DNA of 64,000 nt, taken from NCBI GenBank assembly GCA_035084275.1, contig CM068742.1, positions 138,570,001-138,634,000 of the forward strand, written 5' to 3'. The position numbers and the translations under genes are program-made. This stretch comes from Hydrolagus colliei. Lineage: Eukaryota. The number at the start of each line of letters is the position of its first letter. The stretch's first letter is position 1. Shown one piece after another: positions 11,786-24,267 of this stretch. The notes under the pieces are model-generated. The model was not told the origin of the DNA, made no database searches, and was given only the letters and a program-made list of their open reading frames with translations.

Positions 11786-13044
11786 GTTAAGGATATCATT
11801 AATGTTGATCTTACACAGAGGAAACGTGGTCCACTTCCCTACCAGTGGTTTCAGGGCTGCTTATCCTGATTGGATTCAAGTACCATTAACTATCTGCAGT
11901 TGACTCCAGGAGCAGGATCTTTCATATGCTAATTATAACTGGTCATATTGCTACTTTACGTCATAGTATATGTGTCTCCCCTTGGCTTTTTTGAATTTAA
12001 GAAAAGTGGCCTTTAGAAGAAACACATTTGATATTAAGAAGAGTTATACAGGAGTAACGAATTAAGTGCTGTTATTCTGAGAAGTACATATGATCAAAAA
12101 TTCCATCCAAATTAAGAATGAATTTAAGAATTGTTATAATTCTGTTTCTCTCATTGTAGGATGCATAATGGGATTTTCATGAAGTTAAGAGGCATGGCAG
12201 TAGTATATTTATTATTTCTGGTACGTTCTGCGTACTGAATTAGTTCTTTTTTTGGCAAAGGGTTTATGGTTGTCAAGGCGAGAAATGAATCTAGTAGAGG
12301 TTTTCTCTAACATGTTTGGACAGTTCCCACGTTAAAATAGTCCGACCTCCAGGTCATCTGGTCACCGCCAATGCCCGAAAATGTTTGCCTCAAATGCCAG
12401 TAAATGGGATCCACAGTGTAATCATCAGAGAAATTCATGTTCACTTGCTTCAGATGCAGGGAAAACACATTAAATAGTTCTTCACTCTGTAAAATATAGC
12501 AAACTTTTAATGTTGGTGTTACTGTAAGTGTATTCTACTGTTGTTGCTAAACTAGGAGCACATTGAGCTTTATTAGTTATTTCATGTAAATGATTAATCT
12601 GGTGAAGCATTCCCAGTTTAAGTATATCAAACACACAGATCAAAGCAACCATTTCAAAAGCAGAGGGCCTGAAGAGGGAAGGTCAGATCCAGGCTGCTTG
12701 TGTACCTTATTGCTGGCAAGGGCTGAATCCCATTTTTCTGTTCACCTAAACAAACCCATTATGTATAATTCATCCTTGTCTTATTTGCTAATAGTTGTGG
12801 TTTTGCATACCTGACAGATAATTATTTCAGCAAATTATTGGAAATGTAGTTTGTTTGCCAACCTACGATTTATTTAGGTGCTTATTTTACTTAGTGAATT
12901 ATTATTTTTAATAATATGAAATGAATAAACTATTAAACTTGTAAACTCCTCTAACAAACAGCATGAAAATAGGCTATATGGGTCAACCAATCCTTGACGA
13001 TAATTATACTCTATGTGAGTTTCCACTCACTCCTTACTATGCGG

Positions 13045-13315
13045 TTTCAGCCGGTTAGACCCTAACACACACTCTGGTGTCCCCAAGCCTTCGCTCTTGT
13101 CAACTTGAGTCTGATACTTTCTGAAATTAGGTAAGCAGGATGCATCCCTCCAGGGAGAGAGTGCACATTCCATTCCACAATCTATTTCTAGGATTTCCAT
13201 GTGTAGGTGGGATGCATGGAATTCTTAGTTTGGATTTGGATACTCTTGAGCATGGTAATGGGTTTCTGCATGTGTCAGACACTCGGCTGACAGAAACATA
13301 TCCTTTGCAAATTCC
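13045..13315 (+). repeat. Unclassified dispersed repeat, copy 1
   Basis: Shares ggttagac..cacactctgg..cccaagcctt..taggtaa with 37005, and ccctccagggag..ttccattcc..gcatgtgtcagacac with the reverse complement of 38715-38895. Confidence 0.7.
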
Positions 13316-14313
13316 TGTTAACAACTACTTATCATACACAAGTGCTACCAAAAGCACTTTTGACTGTGTGTAGTTGTTCGATCATTTTATTTCTTCTCCA
13401 AGTGTTTAGTGATGTATGCCTGTTCCCACCATTGCACTTGTGCGTTGCCGGAGTAGGAGGCAAATGCTGGCTAAATGGAAGTAATTTTGCAAGACCTTTG
13501 AAACCCCAAGTACAGTACTTCAGGTAAAATCAAAAGGGAGGACCATGAATTAACATGAATAATTTAATGCCAAAAACATCCTTAGGGAATTTGGAATGTG
13601 TTTTTGTGAAATATGTCTTAAAGGTTTCCCCCCCCCCAATTCTGCTACTTTCATATTACTGTTAATTTGTCTCTTTAATTATCCTTTTAATATTTTTGGA
13701 TTAATAATATAACATGCCTGATGACTTAATTGGCAATTAGTTACCATATTTGAATGCATATGAATATTTTTTCTGTTGTGTGCTTTCAGAGTTTCAGTGA
13801 GGTGCATTTTTATATTAACAACTTTGTACTCTATGCAGCCATACCACAGGTTAGCAAAAAATCTAATTACTGTATATTTTCTGTGGGAACAAAAGTAAAC
13901 CGGGAAGCAGGCCAAATCAGATAAAAACATAGTATTTTGTAATAATTTGGTTGAAAATCCTGTAGCTCCACATAGTACAGGTATATCTTATTATACCAGC
14001 TAACGTTAATCATTAGCAAACCTCAAAAGGCCCAGTTAATCTTTTTTTGATGCTTCCAGAGCCTTCAAGGGTAAATTAGATTCCAAACCATAATTAGTTC
14101 TCACTGAAACTTTTAAAAAACGTAATAAGTTATAAATGTTTAGAATTGATCTATATCGTCCCATAAGTATGTTTTGAGCTCTGTTTCAAACCAATTATCT
14201 ATATTTAAAAAAGTCTTATCTGCACAATTATCGATTTTATTATTTTAATTCACGTTGCAGATTACTTTACTTGACTGACAAAATCACAGTTCATAGGTTT
14301 TTAATTTTGTATA

Positions 14314-14623
14314 TCCTGTAGCTCAGTGGTTAGAGAACTCGCCTTGTAAGCGAGAGACCTGGGTTCAATTCCAGACAGGCAGGTCGAATTTTTGGGCAAG
14401 TTTCCTACTCCACACGCCTAATAATAATCCTTCAAGAAAAAAACTGTAATAAATTGGCCATTTCAATTCACAACTGTTTGTGGGACACTGCTGTGTGCAA
14501 TTGGCTGCAGTGTTTCACCTACAACTATACAGTCAATTAAATTTACAGTATATTCTGTGAAACCTTTGAGATGTCTAGAAGGCGTAAAAAGCGCTATATC
14601 AAATGTAAGGATTATTATTATTA
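14314..14623 (+). mobile_element. Full-length young tRNA/Deu SINE, short subfamily
   Basis: tcctgtagctcagtggttagag head, ctccacacgcctaataataatcc junction, Deu domain, (att)n tail. Confidence 0.93.
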
Positions 14624-15756
14624 CTGTATTTTGTTGATGGAGAATTGTATGAACTTTCGAGCCTTATGTTCCTGTACAAAATGCTAAGGATATTGGTGTG
14701 CCTTAGGGTGCTTCATTTCGATAAGCCAGATCACACAAGACAATGACAACTACTACTACAACAACCACAACAACAAGTTGCAGTTATATAGCGCCACTCA
14801 GGGTAGCATCCTGGAGCGGAGACCGAAATAGTCTCCATTAGATCTGCGACATTTAGCATATAAATAAAATCTCAGAACATAGACAGCGTCAACTGGGTGA
14901 AGCAGTGTTGGATGTTTCCCAGACATCTTTTTTTGAGATGCCGCCAGGGAGGGGAAGGGAGGGGAAAGCTTCGTTCTCTTCAGTTGAAAAGCTCTTGCAT
15001 ATGAGACCCCAGCTCTGTATCCTCGACTTTTATGTGATCATAAATCAGAATCTGTCAATGTAGCCGGCATCAAAGGATTCCTCTATTTATGAATAGACGA
15101 AGAAATAAAAGTCAGAAGAGCCAACATATAATGTTTTATTGTTGGTTTGCTCAATGCAAGTGGGATGGCTCATCCTGGACATCAGGGCAATTTTTCCTTT
15201 TACTTCCAGAATGTAGTTATAACTTCTCCATTTTACTTGTGAGCCCTGAGACTCCCAGGAAATGATTGGTTTAGGTGGTTACACTCAACCATTTTGTTGA
15301 AAACCTTCTGGTTCCATCTGCCAACAGACAATTCAGTTTGATTCTCAGGATTGAACTTGTGAACCCCAGCACTTCTGCTTTCAGAATCTTGCTTCGTGTT
15401 TGGATGGAAAATCACTGTCCTTTTCTTATACAGTACTGCACTTCCCCACACCTACACCAGAGGAAATGAAAAGGCACATCTTTAAACATGAGCTTAACAA
15501 CATTTCCCACAAGTTCCACCAACTAAATATTCCAAAAATAAATGTTCTGCCTTCGATAGAAATAATAATAATATTCATCCTTGTATTTGATTAAAGCACC
15601 TTATGAAGTCACTGAGATATGTTAAAGCGCTTCCCAAAATACAGTGTCATCTTAGATACTGATAAATTTTTGACGCCTGTTAATGGCAAGATGAGGAACA
15701 ATACAAATGGACGCTTCAGGCTTTTTGTGTGAACTATGTTGCACTGCGTACCGCAT

Positions 15757-15833
15757 CCCAGGTAGCAAGCCCATGTGGGGCCCATATGGGCATGGATCAA
15801 CCCAATTTGTCCCATATGGGCTTGCTACCTGGG
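15757..15833. mobile_element. 77-bp MITE with CCCAG termini (possibly EnSpm/CMC-related)
   Basis: 23-bp terminal inverted repeats cccaggtagcaagcccat(g/a)tggg with 22/23 match, flanked on both sides by AT (2-bp TSD). Confidence 0.75.
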
Positions 15834-15979
15834 ATTGAGAATACTGAACACAAATTGATGTTAACATAAACATGTGTGATATGTGGGGGGCAATCACAAC
15901 TAAAGCTATTTCCATCCTCACCCAACAACATACATGACAATGCGATCTTGAATGGGAACCATGACTGATTTCCCTCCAG

Positions 15980-16430
15980 CCCTGGGAAGCTTATTTGTAG
16001 AACCTCTATTGGCTCTTGGCTAACCCAATTCAAAGTGGGTCTGAATTGCTCAATTCTTTTTATGTTGCAATCCTCACCAGAGAATAAGTGGTCAAACTGA
16101 GAATGCAAAGAAAATGTGTGATCATCCATGAAGCTGTGGATGTTTGGGCTTTGTCCAAACTTTTCTCGATTAAGTTGCAGTAGCCTAAGAATTATTCTGT
16201 GACCACCTGACTTCTGTGGCTATGGTGTGATGGGTCATTTGCCTTGATGTGTTTGGGAGAAAGTGACCAAACCTATGTTACAAGGGGTTGACTCTGCAGC
16301 CACCAACTCAATGGTGTCGGTCATAGTACGTGCATTACAGCTGGAGAAAGTGTATGTGCCATCGGCACAGCTGTTGGAGGAAACCCTCTACCACACTCAA
16401 TGTATATGCTAGCGTGCCAATAATACACTA
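15980..16430 (-). mobile_element. Possible highly decayed Rex1/Babar- or L2-clade LINE 3' fragment
   Basis: Minus-strand MDDHTFSLHSQFDHLFSG resembles the D-x-x-HPLH-x-x-F-x-LLPSGRR C-terminal motif. Confidence 0.35.
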
Positions 16431-17284
16431 AAAAAGTCAATCCACTCTTTTAAACAACTTTATTTATTTCCAGGCTGCACAAACAAGTAAAAGACAAACT
16501 ATAATGAGAATATGAATCCAACAAGTTGCCGAGCCTTGTCCTGTTGAAGTGGAGGCCAGAATCTCTCCACATATAGACCCTAGGCACAGGCCAGCATTTC
16601 AACAACAATAAATAACAAAATTACATTTATAGAGCGCCTTTCATGTCGGGAGGACGTCCCAAGCCGCTGAATATTTGCATATTTCACAATGCAATAGGGC
16701 CCGATGGGCTTTTGCAAAATTTTCTATACTATTTTTACATTCTGAGCTATAAATTCTGCATTTTTTTTGCGCCTAAAAGCGCAAGCAGTGTGATACAGCA
16801 TTCCAGTTAAACTAAATTAGGGCAGTTCTAATCTTCAGTAAATTCACTGCAAAAATGATTCTTCATAAAAAAAAACAGGGATTGTAGTTCAAAGCTTTAA
16901 TGGGAAGGGGAGAGAGAAAGGGGATGAAGAATCCATTTTTGTTTATCCTGTCCTATAACCTTTTTGAAATATGCTAACTGCCAACATGTAGAATAACTGA
17001 AATGTCTTTAGCAAGATCTCTTCCAATTACAGTGGCATCGTTTTTCACAACATTTGGCAACCAAGTCTGTTCATCACAGGGTTCCAGATATGGCAGCTTT
17101 GAATCGTAGACACGTCCCCTTCAGTCAGTAATAAACATTTTAAATTTGATGACAGTAATCATATGTTTGCAATATTACAGTCAAGCAATATTTAAAAAGC
17201 TGTGCTTAGATGTTCTAAATGAACATACATTAAGAGCAGATTGGACAAGCCAACATATCACTAAATTATAAGAATTTAGTAGGT

Positions 17285-17672
17285 TTTAGGTTCAAGCACC
17301 ACATCAAGGCTTTGAGCGCATACTGACACTGATACTGGGGGATCATTGCATTGTAAGAGGTGTTGCTCTTTGGATGAGATGTTACAACTGAGGCACCGTC
17401 TACCTCCTCAAATAGACATTAAAGATCCCATAACACTATTTGAAAATGGGAAGCGAGGTTTTCCCGGTATCCTGGCCCAAAATCCGGCAGATGAAAGCTG
17501 GTCGTTGATTAATCATGGCTGTCTTGTGGGATGTGTCTGTGCACAAATTAGCTGTTGATTTTGTCTACAAGTACATATATAGTAATGGCATTTCACAGTA
17601 AATCCTGTGAAGTGCTTTGAGACATTTTGATGGGATGTTAAGGAGCTATAGCAAATGCAAGGATTATTATTA
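17285..17672 (+). mobile_element. Old Deu-SINE
   Basis: ggttcaagcaccac...ttggatgagatgtta...aaagatcccataacactatttgaa...ggtatcctggcc...aaatgcaaggattatt. Confidence 0.8.
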
Positions 17673-18339
17673 TTTATTCTAAAATCTGCACTTGTTAGTG
17701 ATGGATCTGTAACAAATGTTCCTTTCAGTGAATGCAATTGAACTGAGAGCAGTTTACTGACTATATTAAGGCTGAATAACTTGTATGCTGTATCATTCAG
17801 CAACAAATGCAACCTTCACATCAGTATCAGCAACACATTGAATGGGTCCCAGTGATAGAACTTACTCCATGTAATACAAACAACAACAAATTGCATTTAC
17901 AACAATAACAACAACTTGCATTTATATAGCAACTTACATGTCAGGAGTACAACCATATGTAGTACAAGATTCAAGAGTAATAAATGAGAAAGAAGTCTGT
18001 CAAGGAAATGATTAAGGATGACATAATAAGCACAGTGTTGTTTTTTTGCTGAGTTTATAGTTTTCATGTGGATGAAACATCTCAATGCTAGACAGTTGCT
18101 CAACATCCTTCTACACTACATGCAGCCTCTCATTTTAGCCGATATGTGCTATACTTGTCAATGCACTGCTGAATTGAAGTCACACCCTTGATGGGGGGAA
18201 ACAAAACTTTGGGTTGAAATTCCAGAAGCCAAGCAGTGCTTGATTAAAGGGACTGAGCGATGGTGGTGTATAATATCAGTTCCAAAATGTTAACATATGA
18301 AATTTGTGTTATTTCAATGGTATTCTCAAAGTCTCAAAG

Positions 18340-18859
18340 CCTTAGGAAAGATGTTAAGGCATTGGAAAGGGTGCAGAGGAGATTTACCAGGATGGTACCA
18401 GGAATGAGGGACTTCAGTTATGAGGAAAGGCGAGAGAGACTAGGATTATTCTCATTGGAATAGAGAAGGTTGAGGAGACCTAAAAGAGGTTTTCAAAATC
18501 ATGAGGGATTCGATGGGGTAAACAGGGAAAAAGTGTTTCCACTTGTGGGTGTGTCAGTGACTCAAGGTCACAGATTTAAAATGGTTTCTAAAAGAAGCAG
18601 AGGGGAGGTGAGGAGAAATTTCTTCATGCAGCGAGTTGTTCGAATCTGGAATGCATTACCTGAAAGAGTGGAGGAGACCGATTCGATAACAACTTTTAAA
18701 AGAGACGTGGATGCTTATTTGGAGAGGACGGGTTTGCGGGGTTATGGAGAGAGAGCCAGGGAGTGGGATTGACTTTGAATAGCTCTTTTAAAGAGCCAGC
18801 ACAGACTCGATGGGCCGAATGGCTTCGTTTTGTGTGAAAAAATTCTATGATTCTATGAT
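18340..18859 (+). mobile_element. CR1 LINE 3' fragment (ORF2 C-terminus plus 3' UTR)
   Basis: LERVQRRFTRMVPGMRDFSYEER..LGLFSLE and FFMQRVVRIWNALPE motifs with a stop and frameshifts; ends in the CR1 (attctatg)n microsatellite. Confidence 0.95.
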
Positions 18860-19049
18860 CTGATGGCAGTAGCCACTCACAAGGCCATTTTCAGAAAAAT
18901 ATGCTAACCACGGTTCAAGAAGCACTAAGAGATGATAATTGCTGCCGACTTGTGTCGGATGTATGTATTCTGTTTATTTATGGGAGAAATGAGTATCGAA
19001 GCATGGACACCAGAAGGTGTGGAAAAGGCAGCATACAAACTCTTAGTTA

Positions 19050-19220
19050 TTGCAGTTCCAGCACTCACCTTGCAGGCAAGAGACCCGCCTTGCGCAACTG
19101 GCGTTTCACCCACAAAATATAGAGTCAATTAACTTTGCAGTATATTTTGTTAAGTGCTTTGAGATGTCTTGAAGATGTGATAAAATGCTATATCAAATGC
19201 AAGGGTTATTATTATTATTA
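19050..19220 (+). mobile_element. Young SINE with a large internal deletion
   Basis: agcactcaccttgcaggcaagagaccc joined directly to gcgcaactggcgtttcacccacaa and the (att)n tail. Confidence 0.8.
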
Positions 19221-19289
19221 TATTAACTACACAAGAACACTTGTGTAGTTAATATACTACACAAGTAGTATATTACTTGTGTAGTACTT

Positions 19290-19636
19290 GGAGCTCCTGT
19301 GGCTCAGTGGTTAGAGTACTTGTCTTGCAAGCTGGGGAGACCAAGCTCGGGAGACCTGTGTTCGAATCCAGGCAGGTCAGGGCGAAACCTTGGGCAAGTT
19401 TCCTTACTCCACACGCCTAATAATAATCCCTCCAAAAAAACCACAATAATAAAATTGGTCATTTCAATCCACGACTGTGTGTGGGACACTGCTGTGCACA
19501 ATTGGCTGCCGCAATTCACCCACAAATATATTCAGTCAATTCACTTTACAGTATATTCTGTGAAGCGCTTTGGGACGTTGATAAGATGTGGAAAGCGCTA
19601 TATCAAATGCAAGGATTATTATTATTATTATTATTA
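19290..19636 (+). mobile_element. Full-length young tRNA/Deu SINE, short subfamily
   Basis: A box tggctcagtgg, B box gttcgaatcc, Deu domain, tail aagcgctatatcaaatgcaagg(att)n. Confidence 0.95.
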
Positions 19637-21261
19637 ACACAACAGCAGTACAACATCTAACTTTACAGGGTTCCAAAGGGCTTTACATATACATTCTTGC
19701 TGTTGTAAAATAACTTACTTATCACCAATCCAATTTAACCTAATACAAATCCAGAGTCTTTTAAGTAGTTTGGGAGGGACTACTGTATCTCTAAAACTAG
19801 CAAATCCGAGCTAGTTTTGGGGGTGGGGGATCCCAAGAAAAGTGGGGTGGAGGAAAGGTGACCAAAAATATGGTTGGAAAGATATACAATACCACTTACA
19901 GTTATATAGCTCATTTCATGTTGAGAGCATGTCTCAAAGTGCTTCATAGGGTTGGATGGTCACTTGAGCTGGTGATGGTCTTTGGAAAAGAAAGGTATTC
20001 AAGGTGGGGAGGTAGATGGGAGGGAATTTTGTATCTAGAATTTGTTTTGCTTTTAACCCTCACATTTACTGTGGTTCACCTACAAATTACACAGTTACTA
20101 CACTTTACAATAAAAAAAATTACTATAAAGCTGTACTATATTTGAGACATGATTAGAGCACCAGGAACTTTCATAGAGTTCAGTTCTCAAGCATGACAAC
20201 TTCCATACAGTCCAGGGTAATTGAAAGGCACAACAGCAGATGAAATCAATGAAGCAATTGATGCATTAGCCTCCTGACAGAAAAGCTTCCTCGAAAATGA
20301 AAATTGTAAGCATTCTTTTAAAGAATTATTAATGATAACAGAATGTAATGAACTGAACAATTGTCTTCAGATTGGGGATTGTTTATCAAGCAGGTTTTAA
20401 CGTCACATCAATCACCCTATTTTAAAAGAAAACACTGTAAATTAATCATTAACATACTTTTGGATTGACATTTGCACCCTTTCATAATACATTCCTTGTG
20501 ATGGTTATCACAATTGTCATGATAATTGCCACTAGGAATGCTTTAAGAAATGTCGCAAATTTCACACAGGTTGGCTATTCACTCCACTATTGCTCACACA
20601 CTCCATACTCAATCAGAGAGCTCTTTCTGCATTTGTTCCCATTAATAATAATAGTAATCCTTGCATTTGATATAGTGCCTATATCACATAGTTGAGACGT
20701 TTCAAAGCGCTTCGCAGAATATACTGTAAAGTGATTTAAAGTAAAATCCTTGTTTTGGCTCCAATGAAGTCTATTTTTATTTGCATCCCGGAGGCAGGTT
20801 TTGATTCAAGTTGCAGAGGAAACTGACTTAATTCAGCTTGTTTGCTGCTCTGCTGCACTGAAATGCCAATGGTCAGCACAAAAGCAGCTTTAAGAGTGAG
20901 GATTCTCTCGGAATCTACCATTGTGCTGAGTCCGGACTATTTGTGTTTGGACCTAACACGTTGAATGAATTTTGCAAATAATTCATTTGAGGTTAAAAGT
21001 GGGACTTGTTCCATTTTTTGGCTCAATCATCATGTGGTAATTATCACACCCTCAATAAATGCCGTCAAGACAATTAATATATATATTTGTGTGTGTTATT
21101 ATTAATTCTATTATTGTCTGTGTGTGAGTGAGTGGGAGAGATCCACCCCTACTCTATGAAAGGTGGTTTCGAAATATCGTGGCTGCAGCCAATACACCTC
21201 CAATCCACAAAGCATAACAACTGAAGTGCAGATTTGTGGGGTAATGATAATAATCCTTGCA

Positions 21262-21378
21262 ATTTAGAGCAGGGAAAGAGCACGGGAGTGGAACTAATTG
21301 GATAGCTCTTTCAAACAGCCAGCACTAGCACGATGGGCAGAATGACCTCCTTCTGTGCTGTAGGATTCTCTGATTTTA
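21262..21378 (+). mobile_element. CR1 3' UTR fragment
   Basis: ggatagctctttcaaacagccagcac...gatgggcagaatgacctccttctgtgctg, similar to 18770-18859. Confidence 0.8.
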
Positions 21379-21425
21379 GGATTTGATGTAGCCCTTATTG
21401 GGTTGTCAAACTGTCTCAAAGCTCT

Positions 21426-21662
21426 TAGAACATAAGAATAAGGAGCAGGAGTAGGCCATTTGGCCCCTTGAGCCTGCCCCGCCATTCAATAAGATCATGG
21501 CTGATCTATTCTAACTCCACCTACCCGCCTTATCCCCATATCCCTTATCCCACTTTATCCATAAGAAATCTATCAATTTCAGTCTTGAATATGTTCAAGG
21601 ACTGAGCATCTACAGCCTTTTGGGGAAGAGAATTCCATAAATTCACTACCTTCTGAGTGAAT
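21426..21662 (-). mobile_element. CR1 LINE 3' fragment, second subfamily
   Basis: Minus-strand FTQKVVNLWNSLPQKAVDAQSLNIFKTEIDRFL; tail agaacataagaa. Confidence 0.92.
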
Positions 21663-21928
21663 TCACAGGAATTTACTGTGAAGTGTACAGTCTGTATATT
21701 TGTAGCCAAACATAGAAGTTTCAAGCAGCCATGTCTCACAATCAGCTATGAAGTGAAAGATTAATTTTGTCTGGGGAATCGTTGGTCAGGACACTAGAAG
21801 AATCTAGTGCTACGGGATCTTTAACATGCATCTGAACGCCAGACAGGGCCTCGGTTTAAAGACTCATCCAAAAGTTGGCACCTTCAACAATGCAGCACAC
21901 TCCAACACTATGTTAGAGCGTCAGCCTA
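21663..21928 (-). mobile_element. Old Deu-SINE fragment
   Basis: gggatctttaacatgcatctgaac..cagacagggcctcggtttaa..tcatcc..gcgtcagccta. Confidence 0.7.
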
Positions 21929-23079
21929 CAACCTTTTAGCTGCTGAGGGCCAGATGCTGGATATGAGAAACATCTGCAGGCCGTATAAGCAATATTTTTG
22001 TGTTTCTGTTCCGGAAACGTAACCCGTAAGAAATCATATAGACATCCCATGATTTAAATTGTGTAACTATATTGCTTCATTTCACTACTGTATATTGTAA
22101 TTGTACTGCAAGCTTTGAATAGGCAATGGAGCAATTCATCCAATTTTTAAAACAATCATACACTTTTAGCAATAAAGTACATGTGTAGAAGAATAATCAT
22201 TAAATCCAGAGTAAACAATAATAATAATACTGCTTACATTTGATATAGGGCTCCTTATCACAATGAAAGTGAAAGAAATAATTAAGTGAATTAAAAAATG
22301 CATATAATTTAGTACTCCTAACAATGAACAAAACAATGATAATCTCAAATGGAAATAATCTAGGCATCAACAGATTAATCCACAATTGAAAAACTAACAA
22401 AGGGACAAAATAAAGATGCACTGAATATACAATAATTCATAATAATATGAAGAATAACCAAAACAGATTTAGAGTGGATTGTATAGAAATGGCACATAAT
22501 CAAATTATTTTAGTTAATATAGATTTCCTTGACATGCTTAAGGTATTTAATGTGGAAACAATGGACCCCTGTGAGTGAAATCCACTAAAAGTGCCAATCT
22601 CTTGAGAGTATAATAATAATAATAATCCTTGCATTCGATATAGCGTTTTCACATCTTGTAGACATCTCAAAACGCGTCACAGAATATACTGTAAATGGAC
22701 TGTATATTTGTGGGCAAAACGCAGTAGCCAATTGTGCAAAGCAATATGAATGAGAAACGAAGAGAACAATTATTGAGACACATAAAGCCTACTCCCTGGG
22801 CTAAATATTACTAATTGAAAGCTTTACCTTCAAATGCAAATTCCTCCAACAAAATGATACCCTGCAGGACAGCAGTGTTCTGGAATCAGACACTGACCGC
22901 AACAATAACAACAACTTGCATTTATATAGCGCCCTTCAGGCTGGGTAGCATCCCAGACCTCATGGACATTGAGAACATTAACTAGTCAGTGGACAACCAG
23001 AGAGGGCATGATTCACGCCAATGAAGAGAATTCCAGTCCAGCTCTTCAGTCTTCTTCCCTTCCCAAACAAAACAAGCCC

Positions 23080-23530
23080 ATCAGGGAAGGCTGCTCACTT
23101 CCAATGATGGCACTCAAGAGTTGGGGAAATATGGAGTTTGCACCAGTGAGCACATTGAGAGGTTTGCTCATTGCTGGCTGTCAGTGAAGTCTCCGCAGGC
23201 CCCAGCCTTGTGTAGAGCTCTCAGGAGTCGCTCTTGTCGTCCAGTGTAATGCAGTCAGCACCTTCCATCAAGTTGCAGATGGTATGGTCCCATTCTGTGT
23301 GCTGTATGGTCCAATGCCAGAGCACAGTCTGAGCCAACCTGGGACTACAAGGAAAGTTATGCAAAGGTATTTTCAAATGGGTCACCGAACAAGTCGGCTA
23401 CTGTCTGTGTTGGGGCAGCAGCACTCGGAGATGTCAGAAGGGTGGCCACAAATGAGCCTCCAATGGGGTCATCAAATAATCTGTAATTTGTGGGCCGAAT
23501 GAGCCAGTTGGGCTTCCTGTCTCAGTAAGT
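23080..23530 (-). mobile_element. Probable decayed RTE-clade LINE 3' fragment
   Basis: Minus-strand remnants CGH....LP..., LALDHTA..W and MEGA echo RTE W-x-GHV-x-RM..RLPK and LA-x-DR..W..I..GA motifs; heavily frameshifted. Confidence 0.35.
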
Positions 23531-23934
23531 ACACAACCCTGATGTGGATCTTGAACCGACAGCCTTCTGACTCAGAGATGCAAGTCCTTCGAAGTGTGCC
23601 AAGGATACCAGCAATAGCTTGTTTGTTTGGGAATGAAAATGCTCGCAATCCAATGGCTGTCACACAATGTTCTTGTAAAATACTATTTGTAATTCAGCAA
23701 AGAGTTTAGAATTTTATTTACGCAACATTTCTGCTTGTTAGAGGATTACCTATGTTTATATATGTAAGAGGCCTATCATAAACCATTATGACAGCTGAAT
23801 GTAATGATTTGTACCGAGCTTTTTTTTTTACATATAATTTTTTTTTAAATGGTAACATTGACATATTTTCTCAGTTTCTAGCCTTAGAAATTACTCAGTG
23901 CTTTTTAAATCCTGTGCACTGTACATTCTAATAG

Positions 23935-24244
23935 TAATAATATTCATTGCATTTGATACAGCACCTTGGCATATCAATAAATGTCTCTGAGTGTTTCACT
24001 GGATTTTTGGTACTGTGAAGCATAGTGACTGTTGGTGAACAAAACAGCCAAAATGTACACAGAAATATCTCACAAACAGCTGTGAATCAATTTTCTCTGG
24101 GGGATTGTTGGCCAAAACATCTGGAGAAATTCCTTTCTATTTTCAAACATTGCCGCTGCATCTTGAACCTCCATATGAATACGTACACAGGACTGGTTTG
24201 AAACCCATAACAAGGCAGTACACCCACAGCACTGCATTGGCATT
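23935..24244 (-). mobile_element. Old Deu-SINE, 3' part (5' part resumes at ~24979-25067)
   Basis: ttgttggccaaaacatctgg...cacagcactgcattgg, continuing after the inserted L2/SINE as aacctagat...gtggggtttgaacccacagc...tgagcca. Confidence 0.7.
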
Positions 24245-24267
24245 ACAACAACAAAACTACATTTGTG

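Noticed and set aside
19290-19385. tRNA gene-like sequences (also at 2196, 14314, 24490, 47430, 56083)
   Set aside because: The acceptor stem is incomplete and each runs straight into the SINE body; these are SINE heads
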